A DNA stretch of 64,000 nucleotides from an uncultured Fibrobacterota bacterium. GTDB taxonomy: Bacteria > Fibrobacterota > OXYB2-FULL-49-7 > CAYNYI01. The number at the start of each line of letters is the position of its first letter. Position 1 is the stretch's first letter. Shown one piece after another: positions 28,209 through 37,955 of the stretch. The translations under genes and the position numbers were made by a program. The notes below the pieces were generated by a model. The model was given only the letters and a program-made list of their open reading frames with translations, made no database searches and was not told the origin of the DNA. The stretch lies in the NCBI GenBank assembly GCA_964401455.1, contig CAYNYI010000002.1, positions 783-64,782 of the forward strand, read 5' to 3'.

Positions 28209-28366
28209 ATTATTTAAATATCGGCTATATAAGCCAAACTGTCAAGACAAAATCATGTTCTTCGAAATATTTTTTTATATGAGACTGATTTTTTATTATC
28301 TTATTTGTAGAGTCGTTTTTTGCGGCAGTAATAGATCCGCCTATCCTAATTCGTACCGGAGGAAAA

Positions 28367-28705
28367 ATGAAATTTGATATCTTCGACCACGGGAAATTTA
28401 AACAAGTCCGAATGCAGGGAAACGTCATTGCCGGGGATATGAATGATAAACTGAACGCAAAAATAACAGAGTTGACAAACAGTGGCGCTCATCATTTTGT
28501 TTTTAATCTCGAAGAGATATCCTATCTTGACAGCAACGGTATAAGCGTTTTTATACACTGTCTTTGCGATGTCCAGGAAAATAACGGCTCTGTCTTTTTA
28601 ATAATTTCAGACAGCAAGGTTTTAGATGCTGTCAGACTTGTAGGTCTTGACCGGCTCATACCGGTATATTCCTCTATGGATGAATTTGATGATGCGGAAA
28701 TGTAG
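28367..28705 (+). CDS. STAS-domain anti-sigma factor antagonist.
   Basis: 112 aa. The conserved Ser is present in NLEEISYLDSNGISVFI. A GGAGG RBS is present. Confidence 0.8.
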   Translation: MKFDIFDHGKFKQVRMQGNVIAGDMNDKLNAKITELTNSGAHHFVFNLEEISYLDSNGISVFIHCLCDVQENNGSVFLIISDSKVLDAVRLVGLDRLIPVYSSMDEFDDAEM

Positions 28706-29117
28706 CATTATAAGATACCTTCTTCTTATCTTCGGGCTTTTTTTTGCGGGTTGTTCCGGTCTCAGCGCCGTTCTTTATGATGCTAATGATTACCCGGTAA
28801 CTGTAAGCAGTCTTAAGTTTGATAAAGGTGATGTGTTTAAGGTCCTTGATAAAGACGTTTACAGGGAAATCCCGGCAGAAGAGGTCGGGAAAATACTCAT
28901 TGACTCAAAAGAGACGCGTTCATACAAAGGAAAGCTTTACTATCAGACAGAAATCTATCTGGTAAACGGAAATATCATACAATCCTATGAGCTTGAGGAT
29001 GGTCGTAAAATAGGGGCTTTTGTTTGTGTTGAAAACAGTCTTTCCGCAAAAACCCTCTCGGGACCGGTAAGAATTGATCTTCGTAAAATAAATAAGATCG
29101 AATTTACAAAGGACTGA
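28689..29117 (+). CDS. Lipoprotein, hypothetical.
   Basis: Lipobox FFAGC after a hydrophobic leader. The start is ambiguous (28647-28689). Confidence 0.5.
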   Translation: MMRKCSIIRYLLLIFGLFFAGCSGLSAVLYDANDYPVTVSSLKFDKGDVFKVLDKDVYREIPAEEVGKILIDSKETRSYKGKLYYQTEIYLVNGNIIQSYELEDGRKIGAFVCVENSLSAKTLSGPVRIDLRKINKIEFTKD

Positions 29118-29119
29118 TA

Positions 29120-29929
29120 ATGGCTTCCGGCCGTATGGATCCCCGCGGCAAATACAAAGGTCCGGAAAAAGTCCTGATATTTACATCTGCTCCCAAAAAC
29201 CATAAAAACAATAAGATATTTTTCTGGTTTTTATTTCTGCTGTTTACGCTTTCTTTCATGTATATTTCTTTTTCGCTTTTACTGAATATCTCAGAGAAGT
29301 CCTATGAGCGGGCAGAGGAACTTTTTTTATCCGGTAACTACAGGCGTGCCGCTTTTATGCTTGAGGAATTATATTCCGGATTGAGACCCGGCTGCGCGCA
29401 AAAAACGCTGATGGGACGTTCTTTCTATCAAGCCGCCCGGAAAGAATATATAAAAAATGACTGGAAAGGATATGGTGCCGATCCGGATGACTATATGAAT
29501 CATCCATTTGCCGAAAAAGCACTCCTTTATTTATCTGATGCTTATGAAAATTGCGAAGGCAAGAAGGAAAAACTGCTTTCCTTGAAAGCAGCAGCGTCGC
29601 TTATGTTTGAAAAAGGCTGGTACAAAAAAGCTGCTCCGGTCTATTATCGTGTTTACAGAATAAGCGGCAATCCATCCGATCTGACAAATGCCGCCATATG
29701 TCAATACAAATCCGGACTAATTAAAGAATCGGAAAAAACGTTGCTTCTGGCCCTGGAAAAAGGCGACCCGGCAGCGGCCAAAAATCTGGCTTATATATAT
29801 ACAATTGAGCAGACCGTCTTGGGCTCTACATTGGAGAAGAGCAGGGAATACCTTCATTATTACATAGAAAAGAAACCGCAGGACCCCGAAATATTTTTTA
29901 TAAAGTATCTCATTTTGTCACGCGGCTGA
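29120..29929 (+). CDS. Membrane-anchored TPR-like protein.
   Basis: One TM helix (IFFWFLFLLFTLSFMYISF) and helical repeat content. Confidence 0.5.
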   Translation: MASGRMDPRGKYKGPEKVLIFTSAPKNHKNNKIFFWFLFLLFTLSFMYISFSLLLNISEKSYERAEELFLSGNYRRAAFMLEELYSGLRPGCAQKTLMGRSFYQAARKEYIKNDWKGYGADPDDYMNHPFAEKALLYLSDAYENCEGKKEKLLSLKAAASLMFEKGWYKKAAPVYYRVYRISGNPSDLTNAAICQYKSGLIKESEKTLLLALEKGDPAAAKNLAYIYTIEQTVLGSTLEKSREYLHYYIEKKPQDPEIFFIKYLILSRG

Positions 29930-29931
29930 GA

Positions 29932-31218
29932 CTATGAAAACTTTCTAAAAAGATCAGTAAGAGGTATAACTTTTACTTTTCCTATTCTTCTTCCGGTTTG
30001 GGAAAGGCTTCCAAGAACAGAGTTATCGAAATGTGATATAAGGTTGAAATATGAGCTCCGTATAACCGGTGACCATTTGATTTCGATGGGAAAAATCTTC
30101 CCGTTTTTTGTATAAGCGATATCAATTTCTTTTCCCCTGCTTATATAGCAGGTGGTGTAATAAGTATTAATATGGCTTGCGAGCGCCGATTCAGCCTTCA
30201 GCGACTTAGGAAGCGGAGGGCTTCTGAGGTATTTCTGAATACATGCAGAAATAAAAGGATCCCTAAAATGAAACTTACGCGGTCTCGCTGTCAGAGGTTT
30301 TAAAGTCTCGGTATTAATGCGCGGCTGTTCCCAGCATACCGAGAGATCATAAAGTCTTTGAAGTATTCTTCCGGTTTTCTGCGGTGAGACAGAGTCGGAC
30401 AAAGATGAATATGTTACAGGATTACCGTATTTTCGGCTTATGGCTGAAAGTACCTCGGATACATCTTTTAAATCGGTGACCGACGTTCCGGCTTTATATG
30501 CCCACAGCATTTTTCTTATGAATGCTTCTTTTACTTCCTTTGAGATCCGCCCGTTTTTCTTTAAATCAGCGGCGGAAACAGGGAATCCGCCGCAGTCAAG
30601 ATACTTTCTAAGACACCGGAGGATTTCTTCATAAGACTTTTTTTCCGGGAATATATTTTTACAAAAAGACTTGAAACTCATAGGTGAGAATTCGGTTTCT
30701 ATGTATTTATTTTCAGGGTATTCAGTAGCGTTAATCTTAATGTCTTTTCTGATAGCGGCTTTACTGGAATTTATAAAGAAAAAGGTGTCTTTGCTGCAAA
30801 AATTTAAGTATTTGAGATTTTTTTTAATATTTGAAGAATTTGAGAATTCATCAAAAAAAAATATACGGGAGCTCTTATTTTTTGCGGAATGATTTTTGAG
30901 CGGGTATTTCATAAGAAAATCATGGATTTCTTTCAGTGATGCTCCCTGCGGTATATAAACTATGGAGCTCGGAGAAAATTTGGAATTGAGGAGAGCCTCA
31001 ATTACTATTTTTGCGGCAGTCGTTTTCCCGGACCCGGGCGGTCCGTATAAAAAACAAGAGCAATATCCGGCTTTTTTTAAAAGCACCGCGTATTCTTCAT
31101 TCAGGCGTTTCCTGGTTATTTCCGCCTTTTTAAGGTGACGGTCCTTCTGGAGGAATTGCCGGATTGACATCCTGAAAAGATTGTCGCGTTCAAGCTTTGT
31201 CATATAATAAAAATGCAT
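29932..31218 (-). CDS. COG1373-type AAA+ ATPase with a C-terminal DUF4143-like, restriction-endonuclease-fold domain.
   Basis: Walker A GPPGSGKTT and Walker B FFFDEF. The C-terminal ...FPIEIKWSPV... segment is typical of the DUF4143 family. Divergent from the helicase gene. Confidence 0.75.
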   Translation of the reverse strand: MHFYYMTKLERDNLFRMSIRQFLQKDRHLKKAEITRKRLNEEYAVLLKKAGYCSCFLYGPPGSGKTTAAKIVIEALLNSKFSPSSIVYIPQGASLKEIHDFLMKYPLKNHSAKNKSSRIFFFDEFSNSSNIKKNLKYLNFCSKDTFFFINSSKAAIRKDIKINATEYPENKYIETEFSPMSFKSFCKNIFPEKKSYEEILRCLRKYLDCGGFPVSAADLKKNGRISKEVKEAFIRKMLWAYKAGTSVTDLKDVSEVLSAISRKYGNPVTYSSLSDSVSPQKTGRILQRLYDLSVCWEQPRINTETLKPLTARPRKFHFRDPFISACIQKYLRSPPLPKSLKAESALASHINTYYTTCYISRGKEIDIAYTKNGKIFPIEIKWSPVIRSSYFNLISHFDNSVLGSLSQTGRRIGKVKVIPLTDLFRKFS

Positions 31219-31259
31219 TATATTATATACTTTCTACAAGATTAATAATTTCGGGGAGG

Positions 31260-33686
31260 GTGCTCATAAAAACAGATCCTGAATCCAGAAAAATTGAATT
31301 GTCAGTCAGAGAAATATCAGATTGTTTTGCACATTCGGACCCGGTCTCAGGTTTCGGCTCGTTCCGGGTGCGTTTAGGTCAGGAGGTTCATACAAGATTC
31401 AGAAAAAAAATGGAGACTCTTGAGGGCTATCTGCCGGAATATACTGTATCTTATTCCACCGAATTCAAAGATTACTCGGTATCGATTCAGGGAAGAATTG
31501 ACGGTGTATTCAAGAAGGGCGAAAAGGTATATATTCAGGAAATTAAAAGCGCAGATCTTTCAGGTGACTGTGAATATGAGGAAGCCGACCCTAACCACAG
31601 GATGCAGTGTCTTATATACGCCTATTTCTACCAAGAGTCAACCGGCATGGATGTTTTTCCGGTTCTAATAATGGTTGACATATTCGAGGACACTGTTCAG
31701 GAAATACCCCTTGAATACAATAGAGGTGAGATTGAAAGGTTTCTCCAAAACCGATTGAGACAACTTTTAGAAGAGAGTCTCCGTAAAATTAATAAAGCCG
31801 AGAAAAAAAAGGAGGCCGCTTCACGTATTAGGTTTCCTTTTTCTGAAATGAGAAAGAACCAGCAAAAAATGATTGATGATATTTCTCCTGTTTTTTCTAC
31901 AGGAAGACATCTTCTTATGAGCTCTCCGACAGGGACCGGCAAGACCGTTGTAACGCTTTTTCCTGCCTTAAAGGAGACTCTTAAAAAAGACGCGATCCTT
32001 TTTTTTGTAACGCCTAAAAATTCTCAGCATAGTCTTGCACTGGATTCTCTGAGGCGTCTTATTCCGGAGGGATACGGGGTTTATGCTCTGCAAATTTCGG
32101 GAAAAGAAAAGATATGCCCGGAGGAATATGTCTTTTGCAGTCCGCATTCATGCCGGCTGTTAAAAAATACTCCGGGGAAATCGGGGCTCGAAAAGATCGC
32201 CACAAATCTTAAGCTTGATACAGTCGTAACTACTGCTGATATCATCCGGACAGCAGCAGAAGCCGGAATATGTCCATTTGAACTTTCGCTCTATTTATGT
32301 GAGGAGGCATCTGCTGTAGTTTGCGACTATAATTATGTTTTTGATCCACGTGTTAGAATTCAGAGGATATTCGACGGCAGCCGGAAGGACATGTTTCTTA
32401 TTGTTGATGAGGCCCACAATCTGCCCTCAAGAGGCCGGGGATACATGTCGGCATCTCTGTACCGAAGCAAAATAAAAGAACTGACAGAAAACCCTGTGCT
32501 TGAACAGTCAGGACTGTTCTCGGGTATCAGCCGTCTTCTCAAGGAAGTGAAAGATTATGTGGAAACTTCGACATTGCCCGATGAATGGGCACCGGCCGCG
32601 GAATATCGTTTATTCGATCCGGATGATTATTTTTTCGAAGAAATGCATCTCAAAGCAGAAGAACTTCTTATGAAGTATATAAACCTCCGACACGAAAGCA
32701 ATTCAGGAAAAAAGTTCTTCATACCCGGAATAAAAGCCGGTACGCGCAGAAAAACAGATCCCCTTATCGATTTTTTATTTGGTCTCATACATTTTTGTTC
32801 TGTTGTAGAACAGCGATCAGAAAAGGTATACAGTCTTGCTTCTTCATCCGAAGACGATACCGGTATAGAACAGTTTTGTGCCGACCCTTCGGATGTCCTC
32901 GGGGAGTGCTTCAGTTTTTTCAAGTCGGCTGTGTGCATAAGCGCGACTCTTAACCCTCCGTCTTTTTATGCGGATTTGATGGGTATTTCCGGATATGATC
33001 CGCTGTATCTGCATTATGAAAGTCCTTTTCCGCCTGAGAACCGACTTGTACTGACGGTAGGGGACATCTCAACATATTATCGGGAACGTTCCGCTGCCGC
33101 TCCTTTGATTGCAGATTTTATAAGAAAAACGTTTTCATCTATGCGAGGTAATGTTTTTGTTTTTTTTCCGAGCTTCTCCTTTCTTCGGAATGTCGCGTCC
33201 TTTTTTAAATCCTCAGCCGAAGAAATTATTATTCAGCCTCAGGGAGGAAGCGGAAAGGCGGCTGATGAGATATTATTGAGGTTAAAAAAAGGTGAAGGTA
33301 AAACCTCTAAATTATTATTCGCTGTGCAGGGAGGGCTTTTTTCCGAGGGGGTTGATTTTCCAGGAAAATTATGTGAGGGAGTTATTGTAATCGGTCCGGG
33401 GCTTCCATATCCCGATTTTAAGACCAGACTGCTATGTGAGCATTTTGAATCGGGATATTCGTGCGGGCGTGAATACGCATTTATTTATCCCGGTATAACA
33501 AGAGTCGTCCAAGCGGCCGGACGCCTGATAAGGAGCGAGAAGGATAAAGGATTTATAATCTTTCTCGGAAGGCGTTTTGCCGAGAAGCCATATTGTGATC
33601 TGATAAATGATTTTTGGGATTCAGAAGCTGTTGCTTCCGGTGACGCGCCGGTACTCATATCAGAGTTCATGGATAAAAGTAATTAA
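31260..33686 (+). CDS. Rad3/XPD/DinG-family Fe-S SF2 helicase with an N-terminal RecB/Cas4-like PD-(D/E)xK nuclease domain.
   Basis: Nuclease motifs GRIDGV, EIK 13 aa later, and QCLIYAY (QxxxY). Helicase motifs SSPTGTGKT, DEAH (VDEAHNL), four Cys between motifs Ia and II (CPEEYVFCSPHSC...C...C) and motif VI QAAGRLIR. Start taken at GTG 31260 with a GGGGAGGG RBS, because the tracked ATG at 31197 would overlap the divergent gene. Confidence 0.8.
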   Translation: MLIKTDPESRKIELSVREISDCFAHSDPVSGFGSFRVRLGQEVHTRFRKKMETLEGYLPEYTVSYSTEFKDYSVSIQGRIDGVFKKGEKVYIQEIKSADLSGDCEYEEADPNHRMQCLIYAYFYQESTGMDVFPVLIMVDIFEDTVQEIPLEYNRGEIERFLQNRLRQLLEESLRKINKAEKKKEAASRIRFPFSEMRKNQQKMIDDISPVFSTGRHLLMSSPTGTGKTVVTLFPALKETLKKDAILFFVTPKNSQHSLALDSLRRLIPEGYGVYALQISGKEKICPEEYVFCSPHSCRLLKNTPGKSGLEKIATNLKLDTVVTTADIIRTAAEAGICPFELSLYLCEEASAVVCDYNYVFDPRVRIQRIFDGSRKDMFLIVDEAHNLPSRGRGYMSASLYRSKIKELTENPVLEQSGLFSGISRLLKEVKDYVETSTLPDEWAPAAEYRLFDPDDYFFEEMHLKAEELLMKYINLRHESNSGKKFFIPGIKAGTRRKTDPLIDFLFGLIHFCSVVEQRSEKVYSLASSSEDDTGIEQFCADPSDVLGECFSFFKSAVCISATLNPPSFYADLMGISGYDPLYLHYESPFPPENRLVLTVGDISTYYRERSAAAPLIADFIRKTFSSMRGNVFVFFPSFSFLRNVASFFKSSAEEIIIQPQGGSGKAADEILLRLKKGEGKTSKLLFAVQGGLFSEGVDFPGKLCEGVIVIGPGLPYPDFKTRLLCEHFESGYSCGREYAFIYPGITRVVQAAGRLIRSEKDKGFIIFLGRRFAEKPYCDLINDFWDSEAVASGDAPVLISEFMDKSN

Positions 33687-35752
33687 GGCAGGTCTATTCC
33701 TATAAGGGTCATATCGTCTTCAAATTGCTTGCTCTTCTGGTTCTGTTCTATCTTTGTTCTTACAAAAAAGACGGCTTCCTTTATTCCGCAGGAGCGGCTA
33801 TCACGAAAACAGGAATAAAGATTATTTGTACCCCATATTTTCCCCTGTTCTTTTTCCTTGAATTCAAAAACACCATCGGTAAATAAAAAAATTCGGGAGC
33901 CTTTGCGGTATTCGATTGTTTTTTCCGAAAAGGTGTTTTCCGGGAAAACGCCCATTATGCTTCCCTTTGTCCGGAGTTCTTTTGTAGAACCGGTTTCCCT
34001 GTTCATTAGTATCGGGTAGCAGTGCCCGCCACGGGCCATGGTTAATTCCCCCAAAGAGGTGTTGATTTTTAAAACAGCGGCTGTGAAAAATTTTCCGGTC
34101 CCCTCAAAGTTAAAGTTATTGCAAAAAGACTCGTTAACCAGGCCGAGAATTTCTGCGGGAGAGTCCGTTTTGGTAAAAGCTTCCTTGAAAAAAATATTCA
34201 AGGCGGGAGAGAGCATCGCCGAGGAGACTCCATGACCGGATATGTCATATATATAAAAATAGACAATATCATCATTTTTTCTGTATGTGTCAAAGATATC
34301 TCCCCCTATTTTGTCGCATGTCAGAAAGAAAAATGCCGATTTAATTCCACTAAGCGAATCAAGTTGTGATGGTATTAATTTATTATGAATTTTTTTAGCC
34401 AGCGAAAGTTCTCTCTGCTGTGAATCAAAAAATCTTTCCTTTTCCCTCTCAAGCTCCCTTACTTTGGTAATTTCTTTTAAAGTAATAAGGAAGTGTTTCT
34501 CAGAGCGATAGATGGCTGGATATATTGATGCGCGGAATATCGCTGTGGGCTTGAATGTCAGCCGGCAGTCTTCATTGTAGCAGAAAGAGGGGCGCCCGGG
34601 CGGGGGAAGAGCGCTTTTAATACTGAACTCCGAGACAGCTACCGACCCGTCAAGTATCAGGCCGTGCTTAGTGAGATTATCAGAAGAAATCAGAGAAGTA
34701 TCGGCATACTCGATAAGAGTTATTCCGTTTGCGGAGGTCCTGAAAAAATTACCGTATTTCTCGACCCGGAAAATAAATTCATCAGGAAGGGTAATGTCTT
34801 TTTCTTCAATTATTTTTATACGCGCGTATTTTTTTATTTCAGTCTGAAGAAACCCCCCGTCTTCGCTCGGGTTGATTCCCGCGCTGTAGCCTGACCGGTC
34901 CGGCTGATAATTACCCGATCCGCAAAAATAGACTTTAAAAAAGTAAGGACTACTTATCTTTTTTACTTTGAATGAGATGATGTAGTCTTTTTGAGAAAGG
35001 TCAATGTCTTTTTTGAGAGGGATATAAGTAAAAGGCAGCCGCTTATCAAGCGTGGTCAATTCATTACCTGAAAAGCTGAAATTACTACCTGGTTTTATTT
35101 TGAAAAGAAAGGAGCGGTCCGAAATCGGTATTTCGTCTTTGAAGTATGATTCATATTCGAGCCTGCTGTAGTTCTCGTAGTAGCAGATATTGTTTAAATA
35201 TCTTTTAACAGTGTTGCCATTGGCTCCGATTAATATTTTGCTGAAGTCTTCTCCACAATGATTTAATTCTCCCGCCTGGAGTTTGGAGTAAATATCCAGG
35301 CAGCTTCCGCGTGTTATTCCATTACGATCTATTATCAGAAAAATATCGTCGCTCATGGAGAAGTAATTATACTCATTAAAATTTTTAAAAGACATTATGT
35401 GGAGAATGAAACCGGAATCGGCCATCATATAGGTTTCAATATGCGTGTTAATTCCGAAGTTTTGAAAATAAAAATATTCTTTCTTGCCTTCTGTATTTTT
35501 AATTTTCAAACGGCAGTCACTGCGCCTTATTTCTTCTGCCATTTCCCGGGGGTCTTCAAATTTACGGATTTTATCCAGGAAAATAGACGTAATGTGTTTA
35601 TCAATAACTTCTGTAGCCGGTAAATTGGTAAGGCGGGAATATGAGTTATTTATATGACTTATTGTGCCGTTTTTCCGGCAGGAAATAAATATTGAGCAGT
35701 CATGCTTTCTCGCCGTATCAAATATTTTGAATAATTTCTCAGGATTCATCAT
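33683..35752 (-). CDS. PP2C/SpoIIE-type serine phosphatase with a roughly 450-aa N-terminal sensory region.
   Basis: The C-terminal SpoIIE domain has GGDIFD, YIYDISGHGVSSAM and FLFTDGV. It is a paralogue of the upstream gene, sharing the linker ELEREKERFFDSQ.RELSLAKKIH. Confidence 0.8.
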   Translation of the reverse strand: MMNPEKLFKIFDTARKHDCSIFISCRKNGTISHINNSYSRLTNLPATEVIDKHITSIFLDKIRKFEDPREMAEEIRRSDCRLKIKNTEGKKEYFYFQNFGINTHIETYMMADSGFILHIMSFKNFNEYNYFSMSDDIFLIIDRNGITRGSCLDIYSKLQAGELNHCGEDFSKILIGANGNTVKRYLNNICYYENYSRLEYESYFKDEIPISDRSFLFKIKPGSNFSFSGNELTTLDKRLPFTYIPLKKDIDLSQKDYIISFKVKKISSPYFFKVYFCGSGNYQPDRSGYSAGINPSEDGGFLQTEIKKYARIKIIEEKDITLPDEFIFRVEKYGNFFRTSANGITLIEYADTSLISSDNLTKHGLILDGSVAVSEFSIKSALPPPGRPSFCYNEDCRLTFKPTAIFRASIYPAIYRSEKHFLITLKEITKVRELEREKERFFDSQQRELSLAKKIHNKLIPSQLDSLSGIKSAFFFLTCDKIGGDIFDTYRKNDDIVYFYIYDISGHGVSSAMLSPALNIFFKEAFTKTDSPAEILGLVNESFCNNFNFEGTGKFFTAAVLKINTSLGELTMARGGHCYPILMNRETGSTKELRTKGSIMGVFPENTFSEKTIEYRKGSRIFLFTDGVFEFKEKEQGKIWGTNNLYSCFRDSRSCGIKEAVFFVRTKIEQNQKSKQFEDDMTLIGIDLP

Positions 35753-37910
35753 GAGGGACCCTGCTGAGAACTACTAAAGTACTGTCATCGTAACTATTTA
35801 TCCCGGATTTATGAGGTTTTATAGTATTTCTGATATTTTCGATAAGAATATCAGCCTGTTTTATACCGTTTCCTGATATTAACTTGATTAAATTTTCCAA
35901 TTTAAACGGGCAGGCGCCGTTTACTTTTATTTCCTCAATGCCGTCTGTATAAAGAAAAAGGCTGTCTCCATAACCGAATTTTCTTTCGATCACGGGAAAG
36001 CGGGAATTTCTAAAAAATCCAATTATTGCGCCATCAGGTTTAATAACTTCGGGTGATGATGATTTGGAAGTCCGGTATAAGGGATAGCAGTGTCCCGCAC
36101 GGCTTATTTTAAATGAGTTGGATTTCGTGTCAATTCTTGTGCAGACAGCGGTTGCAAAAAGATGGTGTTCATCGAAAGGAAAGGTATCCATGAATTTTTC
36201 GTTAACTTCCCGAAGTACAGACTCAGGATCTTCCGGATTGTTTTTTACAGCCGACAGGAAAAAAGACTTGAGTGCTGTATTTATAAGCGCCGCAGGAATA
36301 CCTTTGCCGCAGACGTCGAATATTATAAAATAAGAAGTGTGGTCATTCAAGGATACGGTGTCGAACAGGTCGCCGCCTATAGAGTTAGACGGTAAAAAGA
36401 AGTACTTGATGTCAACTCCGAGGATGTTTCCCAGCGCTTTATTTATGAAGCTTTTTTGGATTTTTTTTGCTACCTCGAGTTCGGCTTTTTGTTTTTCAAA
36501 GAAGGTTTCTTTTTCTTTTTCTATGCGCCTTACCTCGGAGATATTCTTAAGCACTACCATTAAAAAATTGTTTTTATTGGAATTTTCAAGTATAGTAGCG
36601 TGATAAATTAGAGAAGGGTTATTGATGAAACGGAGTTCGAAATTTTCAAGAAATTCCTCAGGTCTAAATTTCGCGGGACTTGTAAAAATCTCAATATCGG
36701 TGACTTCACAGTCCCCGAGGAGGCAGAAGCCAACGTTGTCTAATGTCTTGTCGGTTACGATATTAGTGTCAAGGTAATCAGAGTATTTTTTTCCGTCAAT
36801 CGAAACACTTATATATGGTCCGGTTTTCTGAACACGGACCCTTCTGGGTTTGTCGAAGGATACTTTTCTATTTTGCCTGCTTCGGTATCTTGCGGCTTTT
36901 TTTATTTCTGTTATCGCCCGCATTGCTCTGCTTTCATATTCAATACCGCACAAAAAACCTCTCTGGTCCGGGAATTTTGATGTTTTTTGCTCCCTTGTTA
37001 AATCATATGACAGACCAAAAAGAAAAGCCTTCGCAATAAAGTCTTTTCCACCGCTTTTGATTGTGAAGTCTATTCTGATATTATTGTTGATTTGGTCGAT
37101 CTTGTCCTTCATATATATCCAGTTATATTTTTCTAAATATAGAATAGAGTCTTTATCAGGTCTGCATTCAAGGTTAATATTTCCATTGGGGAGAACAGTA
37201 ATATTTTCAGGTTCCTCATTCATCGCGTACCAATTGGAGCGATCATTAAGCCTTTTTTGAGAAAGCGGTATCCATTTGTCTTGGTTGGATGTATCTTCAG
37301 TTTCCCTGTACATACGGTTGTATTTTTTATATATGTTAAGAATATTTTTTTTTCCGGAAGTTATAAAATCCGAAATATTTTTATCAAAGAATAACCGGGC
37401 CGGAATTTTTATAAAATACTCGAATGAGTGCGAGAATATTTTTATTCTACCTTCTCTGTCAATAAAAACGAAACAGTCATCCGTTACTTCCGAGGTAAGC
37501 AGGTCTTGATAGAGATACCTGGAGAAAAATACAAAAAGGGAATAACCGCCTCCTGCTTCATATCTGAATAATTCTCCCGGGACGCATTGGAGATTGTTTT
37601 TTTTCGGAGTGCGTCCTTCTTTATTTTTTTTCAGATAAAATTTTGGTACATTTAGTTTCTTTCCGGTTCGTTGTTCCCTTTTGATTACAGCGATTGTTTT
37701 TTTTACGACGCTGCTATTATGAAAAACGGATGATATATCTTTTCCCCGGAGGTCCTGCAGGGAAAATCCGGAACGGTAGTCATAGCTGCGGCTGGTTCTT
37801 ATAATGGAGTCGTCAGGTTGGCATAGAAAATAAACAGACATATCTGTTTTGTGCTGATCAAAAATCTCAAAAACCTCGTCAGCACCAGATGGAAGCAGGG
37901 AACTTGTCAT
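35739..37910 (-). CDS. PP2C/SpoIIE-type serine phosphatase paralogue with a large N-terminal sensory region.
   Basis: GGDLFD, FIIFDVCGKGIPAAL and LYTDGI are present, with the linker IEKEKETFFEKQKAELEVAKKIQ. It sits directly downstream of pelG on the same strand with a 45-nt gap. Confidence 0.8.
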   Translation of the reverse strand: MTSSLLPSGADEVFEIFDQHKTDMSVYFLCQPDDSIIRTSRSYDYRSGFSLQDLRGKDISSVFHNSSVVKKTIAVIKREQRTGKKLNVPKFYLKKNKEGRTPKKNNLQCVPGELFRYEAGGGYSLFVFFSRYLYQDLLTSEVTDDCFVFIDREGRIKIFSHSFEYFIKIPARLFFDKNISDFITSGKKNILNIYKKYNRMYRETEDTSNQDKWIPLSQKRLNDRSNWYAMNEEPENITVLPNGNINLECRPDKDSILYLEKYNWIYMKDKIDQINNNIRIDFTIKSGGKDFIAKAFLFGLSYDLTREQKTSKFPDQRGFLCGIEYESRAMRAITEIKKAARYRSRQNRKVSFDKPRRVRVQKTGPYISVSIDGKKYSDYLDTNIVTDKTLDNVGFCLLGDCEVTDIEIFTSPAKFRPEEFLENFELRFINNPSLIYHATILENSNKNNFLMVVLKNISEVRRIEKEKETFFEKQKAELEVAKKIQKSFINKALGNILGVDIKYFFLPSNSIGGDLFDTVSLNDHTSYFIIFDVCGKGIPAALINTALKSFFLSAVKNNPEDPESVLREVNEKFMDTFPFDEHHLFATAVCTRIDTKSNSFKISRAGHCYPLYRTSKSSSPEVIKPDGAIIGFFRNSRFPVIERKFGYGDSLFLYTDGIEEIKVNGACPFKLENLIKLISGNGIKQADILIENIRNTIKPHKSGINSYDDSTLVVLSRVPHDES

Positions 37911-37955
37911 AAGGGAAATATAATTAATATCGAAATAAAATTCAGTGATCTGGCT

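Noticed and set aside
31197-31259. Helicase start at ATG 31197.
   Set aside because: It would overlap the divergent AAA ATPase start codon region by 22 nt. An in-frame GTG at 31260 with a GGGGAGGG RBS is more plausible.
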